Of a stretch of 27,904 bases of DNA, positions 1 to 6,140 are shown in pieces (position 1 is the first letter of the stretch; each line of letters begins with the position of its first letter). A model generated the notes under the pieces. It was not told the origin of the DNA, ran no database searches, and saw only the letters and a list, made by a program, of their open reading frames with translations. The position numbers were made by a program, and so were the translations under genes. The stretch is from a virus (lineage: Duplodnaviria > Caudoviricetes). The stretch is taken from positions 1 through 27,904 of IMG/VR virus record IMGVR_UViG_3300005281_000077; one strand, given 5' to 3'.

Positions 1-1
1 G

Positions 2-379
2 TCGGGGCAGACTGTCGCTGGCTTTTTGAAATCCCTTATGGGCATTAAGCATGTAGCCCAGGGAACACAGACAGCCTACCCGCGACGGTATGTCGAAGAA
101 CGATGGGATATCTATTTGGACAATGCCAAAGAGCTTCCCGATGACGACGTACTCAGCGCGGCCAAAGCGTCCTTATTTAATATCCTATTCCCGCGCGATT
201 CAGAAACGGCTGTCGTGCGAACGCATACTCAGTTTGAGTGTCCGTTTACCGGCAAGCGGTATGGTTCGATGGATAAATTGGTTCGCGCCGCGATCCCTCA
301 TTTGATCGACAGCGCGAAGCGCGACAAAGAGCGTAAAGCCGAGATGGCAGCGCTGAGGGAGCGTAATCTCGCGAAATAA
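2..379 (+). CDS. hypothetical phage protein, 5'-truncated by window edge
   Basis: The frame of ORF 26..379 is open from position 2 (SGQTVAGFLKSLMG...) and stops at TAA 377-379; no family recognised. Confidence 0.6.
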   Translation, partial: SGQTVAGFLKSLMGIKHVAQGTQTAYPRRYVEERWDIYLDNAKELPDDDVLSAAKASLFNILFPRDSETAVVRTHTQFECPFTGKRYGSMDKLVRAAIPHLIDSAKRDKERKAEMAALRERNLAK

Positions 380-468
380 GCCCGCCCAGCCATACGGCCG
401 AGTAGAGTTCCGGCGTCGCTTTGACACGATGTCCGATCGAAATTTTGTCAATGTTCGTATTTTGTTCC

Positions 469-506
469 CCTATACATATGTATAGGTTTGTGATATATTT
501 ATATCA
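469..506 (+). promoter_or_regulatory. sigma-A-like promoter P1 with two overlapping palindromic operators
   Basis: TATACA(471-476)-N17-TATATT(494-499) with a TG extension; perfect palindrome CCTATACATATGTATAGG (469-486) and TGATATA-TT-TATATCA (491-506). Confidence 0.6.
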
Positions 507-532
507 GAGATCAGGACAAGGGAGCGATTAAG

Positions 533-958
533 ATGAACATCGTCCAAATGTACGAGCTGGTAAAAGCGATCTACGAAAAACATAAGGATGAATATTACTA
601 CATCGGTCTTCGGTTTGAAAACAAAGACCGGGAAATCGGCGAGGTGTGCGAGAACAGCCGCCATAACGCCGACCGCGAGGACGAACGTGACTTCCCGGCC
701 TATGGAACGCCTGAATACGAGGAAATGGAAATCCTCGACGGCACGAGCGCCTGGAACATGGACCCGAGCATCTACGGTAAACAGTACCATCCCGGAATGT
801 ACAGCTTGCGGGATATTAATCTCGAAAAGGATTGCCGGAGTTTCTTTTTGGCCGACCATTGCTACGTGATCGCCGGCCACCGCGAATGCCGCCACGATGA
901 CCCCGATGAAAACGAGATCGTCATTAAGGACGCCGTGGTTATCGCTAAAATTTTCTAA
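533..958 (+). CDS. acidic hypothetical protein, anti-defence candidate with possible ART-like R-S-E motifs
   Basis: SD AAGGGAG upstream; 141 aa, D/E-rich; motifs YIGLR, DGTSAW and DENEIVI; first gene after P1. Confidence 0.75.
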   Translation: MNIVQMYELVKAIYEKHKDEYYYIGLRFENKDREIGEVCENSRHNADREDERDFPAYGTPEYEEMEILDGTSAWNMDPSIYGKQYHPGMYSLRDINLEKDCRSFFLADHCYVIAGHRECRHDDPDENEIVIKDAVVIAKIF

Positions 959-1004
959 TCATTGGTGAGGTCGACCTCCCCTTTTCTGGAAATGGAGGAA
1001 TGTT

Positions 1005-1310
1005 ATGAGTGACATTTGGATAGGAACCGGCATTTGGGAGGGATGGCGCATTACAACCGATCACCCCGCCAGTTCCTACGGTCAGCCGGTACTGGTTGAT
1101 CCCGACGGTAACGCCTACGGACCTGGCGACATACGCAAACGCATCTATCAGGCTGATCTTGCTCGGCAGCTAGGCATAACTCGAGGTGCGATCCAAGATA
1201 GGGTTAAGCGAGGCACATTGCCTCCATTTGATGGGTACGACGAGGGCGGCCGGGGATACTGGCACATAGGGACGATCAAACATTTGCTCAACGCTGACAA
1301 AGAGCAGTGA
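1005..1310 (+). CDS. HTH DNA-binding protein (Aca-like) with N-terminal accessory domain
   Basis: SD GGAGG; C-terminal IYQADLARQLGITRGAIQDRVKRGTLP is HTH-like (AlpA/MerR style); last gene of unit 1. Confidence 0.75.
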   Translation: MSDIWIGTGIWEGWRITTDHPASSYGQPVLVDPDGNAYGPGDIRKRIYQADLARQLGITRGAIQDRVKRGTLPPFDGYDEGGRGYWHIGTIKHLLNADKEQ

Positions 1311-1328
1311 GGTTAACCCTCCTGCTCT
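1301..1328 (+). terminator. hairpin ending unit 1 (weak U tract)
   Basis: AGAGCAG-T-GAGG-TTAAC-CCTC-CTGCTCT inverted repeat over the stop codon. Confidence 0.4.
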
Positions 1329-1357
1329 TCTGCTCTCCTATGTAAAGTTTGTTCCGA

Positions 1358-1390
1358 CCTATTTACATATAATTATTTATATGTTATTAT
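1358..1390 (+). promoter_or_regulatory. sigma-A promoter P2 with inverted-repeat operator (copy 1 of a 33-bp exact repeat)
   Basis: CCTATTTACATATAATTATTTATATGTTATTAT: TTTACA-N17-TATTAT with a TG extension; ACATATAA-N4-TTATATGT palindrome; identical to 2671-2703. Confidence 0.8.
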
Positions 1391-1423
1391 ATAGACAAAG
1401 GGTATCAAAGGAGCGGATCGAAG

Positions 1424-1786
1424 ATGAAAAACGTAATGACGCGGGCATGGGAAATCGCTAAGGCGGCAGCCAGCATTCACGGCGGCAAGGCATCGGAATA
1501 CATCGCCGACGCGCTGCGCATGGCATGGGCGGAGTCCCGTCGTCCAAAATGCGTAACGATTGAGCTGCGCCAGCCGAACCGCAAATCCAAAACGTGGGTC
1601 GCCGCGATCGTCGGCACGCATCCGGTTTACAAATTCGAGCGCAAGTTCGTCAACCCGATCGCATACGGCGAAACGACGTGGGAACTGGCCGAAGGTGTAT
1701 ACGAGGTTTGCGAAAACGGCAATCGTTACTTTATCCGGGTCGCTGGTGGCGACTACCGCCGGATCGACGCGAAGGACGTGGCTTGA
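1424..1786 (+). CDS. hypothetical phage protein
   Basis: SD AAAGGAG; 120 aa; N-terminal MTRAWEIAK...LRMAW helical motif; first gene after P2. Confidence 0.75.
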   Translation: MKNVMTRAWEIAKAAASIHGGKASEYIADALRMAWAESRRPKCVTIELRQPNRKSKTWVAAIVGTHPVYKFERKFVNPIAYGETTWELAEGVYEVCENGNRYFIRVAGGDYRRIDAKDVA

Positions 1787-2451
1787 TGCGCGGACAGCAG
1801 ATCGAGGTGGGTCAAAAGTTTACCCGGCTAACGGCGAAGGAAAAACTCGCGGAGAAGTGGCACAACGAGGAAGCCTGGCTCTGCGAGTGTGAATGCGGCG
1901 AAATGACGATCGCCACCAAGGGACAGCTTTTGTCCGGACGAAAGAAATCTTGCGGCTGCCTGCGCAAAAAGACGCCGGCGAACGCGCTTGACCTGGCAGG
2001 TAAGATCGTCAATGGCATCAAGGTAATCGAGCGTGCTGGCCGTACAGCCAGAGACAACGCCGTTTGGCTTTGCGAATGCAAGTGCGGCGAAAGATTTCTG
2101 GCGGCTGGCACACAACTTCGGCGCGGAGAAATCGTCTCATGTGGATGCGAACGACCAGCACAAGCGGCTAATGCCCGCAACGTGCTGATGATAGAAAAAT
2201 CCATTGATGGCGTCGCGGTTCCGCTGCTCACCAAAAAGGTGCGATCTGACAGCGGAACAGGTATCAAAGGCGTCCACCGGCGCGTGCGAAAAGGCAAGGA
2301 ATATTTTGAGGCGTATATCTCTGTCAAAGGCAAGAGGATATGGGCACCGCCGAGGACAAACTTGGCCGAAGCGATCGCGGATCGGAAGAGGCTGGAGCAA
2401 GAATATCATAAGCCGTATATCGATCAACTGGAGGGACAAGACGATGGATAA
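1786..2451 (+). CDS. Cys-rich repeat / AP2-domain DNA-binding protein
   Basis: ATG at 1786 overlaps the upstream TGA; two W-L-C-E-C-x-CG...SCGC repeats followed by an AP2-like SGTGIKGV...AYISVKGK...A..RKRLE domain; no HNH motif seen. Confidence 0.75.
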   Translation: MRGQQIEVGQKFTRLTAKEKLAEKWHNEEAWLCECECGEMTIATKGQLLSGRKKSCGCLRKKTPANALDLAGKIVNGIKVIERAGRTARDNAVWLCECKCGERFLAAGTQLRRGEIVSCGCERPAQAANARNVLMIEKSIDGVAVPLLTKKVRSDSGTGIKGVHRRVRKGKEYFEAYISVKGKRIWAPPRTNLAEAIADRKRLEQEYHKPYIDQLEGQDDG

Positions 2452-2656
2452 AGAGAAAATCAGACGGTGGATACAAGACAACCTGGTAATGCAGGACGAA
2501 GCTCGGCGGATAACCGGACAATCGGTGTCTGGATTTAACCAGTCTGTCCAAACGGGACGAATCATCCCGTTTGTGGAATTCGGAGATGCGCGCAAAACGC
2601 GCCTTTATCTCCGATCCGATCTGGAGGAGTACGCGAAAAACAAAAGAGTCCGTTAA
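2444..2656 (+). CDS. small HTH protein (HTH_17/excisionase-like; Aca-like regulator)
   Basis: SD GGAGGG and ATG at 2444; MDKEKIRRWIQDNLVMQDEARRITGQSVSGFNQSVQTGRIIP...RLYLRSDLEEY, 70 aa. Confidence 0.75.
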   Translation: MDKEKIRRWIQDNLVMQDEARRITGQSVSGFNQSVQTGRIIPFVEFGDARKTRLYLRSDLEEYAKNKRVR

Positions 2657-2670
2657 TTTTTTTGCCTTAC

Positions 2671-2703
2671 CCTATTTACATATAATTATTTATATGTTAT
2701 TAT
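2671..2703 (+). promoter_or_regulatory. sigma-A promoter P3 with the same operator (copy 2 of the 33-bp repeat)
   Basis: Exact copy of 1358-1390. Confidence 0.8.
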
Positions 2704-2755
2704 TAAATCACAGCAGGGGACGACATACAAAATTAAATCAAAGGAGAGGTTGAAA

Positions 2756-2920
2756 ATGGCAAAAATCTACTACGAGGACATCCTGGTCGGAGAGGTGGTC
2801 ACAAACCGCAGCTTGACGGTGGATGAAGCGTTGGAGGTAATCGGATTTGACGAGCAAGCGTTTATCGCAGAGCACGGCTTCGACGAAATCGACTACAACG
2901 ATTTTAAGCTTGTGTACTGA
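2756..2920 (+). CDS. small very acidic protein (54 aa), Acr/DNA-mimic candidate; absent from the ORF track
   Basis: SD AAAGGAGAGG; MAKIYYEDILVGEVVTNRSLTVDEALEVIGFDEQAFIAEHGFDEIDYNDFKLVY; 13 D/E versus 3 K/R. Confidence 0.75.
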   Translation: MAKIYYEDILVGEVVTNRSLTVDEALEVIGFDEQAFIAEHGFDEIDYNDFKLVY

Positions 2921-2948
2921 GAGCGGAGGGGCTCCGGCCTCTCTCTCC

Positions 2949-3005
2949 CCCGCCTGATGATGGCCGGATGGGAACCGACCGAAACGTCCACCCGAGCGTC
3001 GCGGG
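2949..3005 (+). ncRNA. type I hammerhead ribozyme (one extra U after A9)
   Basis: Stem I CCCGC(2949-53)/GCGGG(3001-05); core CTGATGA(2954-60); stem II GGCCGG/CCGACC; GAAA(2981-84); stem III ACG/CGT; GTC triplet with predicted cleavage after 3000. Confidence 0.8.
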
Positions 3006-3033
3006 ATACCCGCCACGAGTTGAAAACCGCATA

Positions 3034-3073
3034 CCGCATAAGACCTCACCTTCGGGGAGGCAGCGGAAAGGAG
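3034..3073 (+). promoter_or_regulatory. conserved RBS-adjacent RNA hairpin motif, copy 1
   Basis: CCGC-ATAAGA-CCTC-A-CC-TTCG-GG-GAGG-CA-GCGG-AAAGGAG; homologous to 3635-3676. Confidence 0.65.
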
Positions 3074-3081
3074 AATGAACC

Positions 3082-3624
3082 ATGAAACTCTCTCAATTGC
3101 TTTCCACAAAAAAAGTTATCGCTTCTGGATTCGCGGCCATCGCTGGCCTGGGGGGCCACTCCAAAGGCACGGAAGAGGTTGTCCTGTCGTCGCTGGCTCC
3201 GTCCATCTTGGCGGAGCAAGGCGTGACGGAATACTATGCGCTGGAGCTTCCGCGCGGGACGGTGTTTAACACGCCGGAGGAGATTATCGCAGCCGATCCG
3301 GACGTGCGGCGCTACACGATCCAGTCGGTTGACAACGTGAGTGACCTGGACGTGGTGATTGTCTCCCGCCACGCAGGCACAGTAGCGCTCCTGCAAGACC
3401 GCTATCCGGGCGCTCAGGTACTCGACTCCGTGACGCCGGACCAAATCGCCGGCAAACACGTCGTCGGCACGCTCCCGCCGCATCTTATTACGGCAGCCGG
3501 AGCATATACAGCCGTTACGATTCGCGGGTTTGACTACGCCAAAGACGGGGACTTGGCGGGCCAGGAGTTGGCGGCGCGGATCGTCATCGCTGACAAGCCG
3601 CTCCGGGTCGTGGAGATTAACTAA
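3082..3624 (+). CDS. Csx16-like (VVA1548 family) putative ring nuclease with tandem-duplicated domain
   Basis: The C-terminal half has VIVSRHAGTV...VVGTLPPHL, matching the Csx16 SRHxG and VIGTLPxxL signatures; the N-terminal half resembles a degenerate copy. Confidence 0.7.
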   Translation: MKLSQLLSTKKVIASGFAAIAGLGGHSKGTEEVVLSSLAPSILAEQGVTEYYALELPRGTVFNTPEEIIAADPDVRRYTIQSVDNVSDLDVVIVSRHAGTVALLQDRYPGAQVLDSVTPDQIAGKHVVGTLPPHLITAAGAYTAVTIRGFDYAKDGDLAGQELAARIVIADKPLRVVEIN

Positions 3625-3634
3625 TCATAGCGAT

Positions 3635-3676
3635 GCGCATAAGTCCTCACCTAAGCGGGAGGCCGCGCGAAAGGAG
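3635..3676 (+). promoter_or_regulatory. conserved RBS-adjacent RNA hairpin motif, copy 2
   Basis: GCGC-ATAAGT-CCTC-A-CC-TAAGC-GG-GAGG-CC-GCGC-G-AAAGGAG; compensatory change in the outer stem versus copy 1. Confidence 0.65.
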
Positions 3677-3684
3677 TAGATATA

Positions 3685-4413
3685 ATGTTTAACATCGATT
3701 TTGTGTATGATTCGGCCAATCTGCCGAGTCAAACGGGCAAGGAAGGCATCCGGGCAGTCCTCAATTATCTCGACACCACGACGGGACAAATCAAGTCGAT
3801 TACGGGCAGGATTGGTTACGGAAGATATACCGCCGGTTTCAGTCGGGATGGAGGATTTTCCTCTAAGTCATATGGATTATCTATGGCGCAGGAGGGTATC
3901 CTGCTCAGGTATTTTAACAACAGCAACAACGGGAGCTGGACCTGGTTTATCCCAGACAATCTCTCCGAGATAGAGGGCGTTCTCGTTTTTGCTTTTACAG
4001 CACATGGCAGGTCCATCGACTCGTATGTCCAAAGTATTGACTACGGCTTGGTGCTAAAAGTCAACTTGAAGGACTATGGCGAGCGTCATCCGTTAAATTT
4101 GATTTATGACTCAATCAAATTTGATCAGTATCGACCCGTGTTTAATCTCTTTGGAGATTATTTGGCTGTCCTTTTGCTGTCGCTTTTGGCCGAGTATAAG
4201 GACGCATTAGCGTATACCTTTACTACCGGGTTATTAGTAGGCAAGACTTTGGGGTCTGCCCTGTATGATATTGCGTCTCGTAGACACTCGGCTTTTTTAG
4301 ATGCGATGTTGGCCGGAGATATCAAAGTCGATCCAGCCCAACTTTTGAGGGGGTCGAAGTACCTCGGGCGGGATCTGTATCCGCAATATTATTCGGCTAC
4401 GCCCACCCGATAA
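3685..4413 (+). CDS. hypothetical protein
   Basis: SD AAAGGAG 8 nt upstream; 242 aa; no family recognised. Confidence 0.75.
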   Translation: MFNIDFVYDSANLPSQTGKEGIRAVLNYLDTTTGQIKSITGRIGYGRYTAGFSRDGGFSSKSYGLSMAQEGILLRYFNNSNNGSWTWFIPDNLSEIEGVLVFAFTAHGRSIDSYVQSIDYGLVLKVNLKDYGERHPLNLIYDSIKFDQYRPVFNLFGDYLAVLLLSLLAEYKDALAYTFTTGLLVGKTLGSALYDIASRRHSAFLDAMLAGDIKVDPAQLLRGSKYLGRDLYPQYYSATPTR

Positions 4414-4454
4414 GGCTGATGGGTAACCTAGCAACTACGTTGAGTTGTCCGCAC

Positions 4455-4537
4455 AAATGACAAGAGCCCCCTTGCGGGGGCTTGTCGTTTGGGTAAAAGG
4501 TTGTTTTAATCAACGCCTCGCTCGTGGCGGGCGACAT
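4455..4537 (-). ncRNA. solitary type I-C CRISPR-repeat-like small RNA (Racr/crRNA-mimic candidate)
   Basis: Minus strand 4535-4503 reads GTCGCCCGCCACGAGCGAGGCGTTGATTAAAAC: GT + 7-bp stem + 5-nt loop + 11-nt tail similar to TGGATTGAAAC; it has its own promoter and a 3' hairpin. Confidence 0.6.
4459..4490. terminator. strong hairpin, probable bidirectional terminator
   Basis: GACAA-GA-GCCCCC-TTGC-GGGGGC-TTGTC between the convergent unit 3 and the minus-strand sRNA; U tracts are weak. Confidence 0.55.
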
Positions 4538-4543
4538 ACTTTA

Positions 4544-4572
4544 AATATATATTCTTTTAAAAAAATTGTCAA
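4544..4572 (-). promoter_or_regulatory. near-consensus sigma-A promoter for the repeat-like sRNA
   Basis: TTGACA(4572-4567)-N17-TATATT(4549-4544); predicted +1 near 4537, 2 nt before the repeat. Confidence 0.75.
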
Positions 4573-4712
4573 CGGATTCCAAGCAGATCGATCAAAACCG
4601 ATTATGCGACCTCCCCTTCCCTCTTATGCAAACATTTACCGTCACAATTCAAGCGTTCAGAATGCTAAAATCGGTATATCAATTTTAGATATACGGACGG
4701 TGTACACTCCCC

Positions 4713-5564
4713 ATGTTTATTGCTCCAATGCTGGCTGAAAAACGCGAAAAGCCTTTCGATGATGACCGTTACATATTCGAACCGAAAATCGACGGCCATC
4801 GTCTTATTCTGTCCATGCAGAACGGCGTCGTTCGGCTCTACACGCGCCACGGAAACGAGGTCACGCGCCAGTACCCGGAGTTGCATAACGTGCCGATCGA
4901 GGACGGCTCTGACGTTGTTCTGGACGGCGAGGTGGCGGTTGTTAATCCGGAGACGGGCGCAATCGAGTTTGAGGGCATTATGGAGAGGTTTCGTCTGAAA
5001 AAGCCCTTGAGCATTCGCGAGGCGTCTGTCCGTCAGCCGGTTCATTATTTTGTCTTCGATATTCTGCGGTATAAAGGTGAAGACGTCCGCTCGTGGCCGC
5101 TCACGGAGCGTAAGACGCTACTGAACGAGGTTTTGGAGGATAATCGGTACTACAGCCGCACGCTTGCTGTAGACGGCGCGGGAATGGCGCTCTTTGAGGC
5201 GATCCGGGAAAAGGAGCTTGAGGGGATCGTTGCAAAGCGGAAGGACAGTCCGTATGTCAGCCGGCGCGATGCAAACTGGGTTAAAATCATCAATTACAAA
5301 TATGCTACCGTCCGAATCGCGGGGTACAGAAAAAATCAGTTTGGCTGGCTTGCTCAACATAATGGCCGCGCTGTGGGGATCATTGAACTGGCGGTGCCGG
5401 CTGCACACAGGCAGGCGTTTTACGGTGTTGCAAAGACGATCATAACCGGTGAGGATCGGGACTTCGTTTATGTGCAGCCGAGCATTGAGGCGGTTGTGCG
5501 GTTCCGGAATTGGACCCGGGCCGGGATGTTGCGGGCGCCGGAGTTTGTGCGGTTTGTGGTGTAA
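4713..5564 (+). CDS. ATP-dependent DNA ligase (LigD ligase-domain / SPbeta LigB-like)
   Basis: Motif I EPKIDGHR, VLDGEV, YFVFDIL, LEGIVAKRKDSPY and WVKI, plus a C-terminal OB fold ending GMLRAPEF. Confidence 0.92.
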   Translation: MFIAPMLAEKREKPFDDDRYIFEPKIDGHRLILSMQNGVVRLYTRHGNEVTRQYPELHNVPIEDGSDVVLDGEVAVVNPETGAIEFEGIMERFRLKKPLSIREASVRQPVHYFVFDILRYKGEDVRSWPLTERKTLLNEVLEDNRYYSRTLAVDGAGMALFEAIREKELEGIVAKRKDSPYVSRRDANWVKIINYKYATVRIAGYRKNQFGWLAQHNGRAVGIIELAVPAAHRQAFYGVAKTIITGEDRDFVYVQPSIEAVVRFRNWTRAGMLRAPEFVRFVV

Positions 5565-5662
5565 AAAAAGCAGTGAAAAAAAAGTCTCTGTTTCTTCGTT
5601 ATAAGAATCGTTATACTGATTGTAGCATTCGGTGGGGAGGAGGACAGTAGGTAAGATATAAC

Positions 5663-5692
5663 AAAAAAAGGCGGATGAGGCTCTCCGCCTTT
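5663..5692 (-). terminator. intrinsic terminator of the TA operon (possibly bidirectional)
   Basis: AAAGGCGGA-TGAGGCTC-TCCGCCTTT with an A7 run giving a U tract on the minus strand. Confidence 0.75.
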
Positions 5693-5705
5693 ACTGCTCA
5701 GAATT

Positions 5706-6140
5706 TTAATGAGTTATTCTTCTTTCTTTCAATAAATGCGGATTCCTTGATCTAATATCTTGTGCACTGATTCTTTGTTTTAAAATTTCATATGTGTTGC
5801 TATAAAGGGAATATTTTGAATGGATTATCGATAACTGCACTGGATCCATTGTTCGATTCCCGCATAATACGCTTAACTCCAACTCTGAAAAATATTCAAA
5901 TTCATAAAGAGCGTCAAGTTTAACAAATGAATCTCTTTTAAAAGGAGGAGAATATTTTAAAATTCGTTCATTGGAAGGCAAAGCAAGTTTATGCTCTTTT
6001 CCTTTTATTGACGATACGTTTAAAGCACGGATAAACTTATCGGAGGTTTCAATTACTAAAAATGTGCGGGGTTCTGAACACTCCGTTCCGTCTGCATAGA
6101 TTGCTTTTAGCAGCAATCCGTTACCAGCAGTGATTGGCAT
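5706..6140 (-). CDS. putative PemK/MazF-like toxin (PanT)
   Basis: Coupled to the Panacea gene (TAATG overlap); EPRTFLVI...ALNVSS...DSFVKLDALYEF resembles PemK RPxLVV..PITS..DSxVxxDQI. Confidence 0.55.
   Translation of the reverse strand: MPITAGNGLLLKAIYADGTECSEPRTFLVIETSDKFIRALNVSSIKGKEHKLALPSNERILKYSPPFKRDSFVKLDALYEFEYFSELELSVLCGNRTMDPVQLSIIHSKYSLYSNTYEILKQRISAQDIRSRNPHLLKERRITH

Noticed and set aside
453-467. GTTC-N7-GTTC LexA-like direct repeat
   Set aside because: This is the alphaproteobacterial box type, inconsistent with a Bacillota phage.
2740-2754. Possible target of the sRNA pseudo-spacer (minus strand TTC-AACCTCT) near the unit 3 RBS
   Set aside because: Only positions 1-5 and 7 match; expected by chance in 28 kb.
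2998-3027. GTCGCGGGATACCCGCCACGAGTTGAAAAC as a second I-C repeat; it shares 11 bp (CCCGCCACGAG) in inverted orientation with 4521-4531
   Set aside because: The stem geometry does not fit I-C and GTCGCGGG is explained by the hammerhead; the 11-bp match may be chance.
3034-3070. RBS hairpin repeats as type III CRISPR repeats ending GAAAG
   Set aside because: The ending is the SD sequence, the stem-to-end spacing is not 8 nt, and the copies are 600 bp apart.
4445-4738. 97-aa plus-strand ORF
   Set aside because: TTG start with no SD; it runs through a hairpin, the sRNA and promoters.
5565-5692. Possible plus-strand sRNA after the ligase (TATACT at 5612)
   Set aside because: No credible -35 element or structure beyond the terminator.
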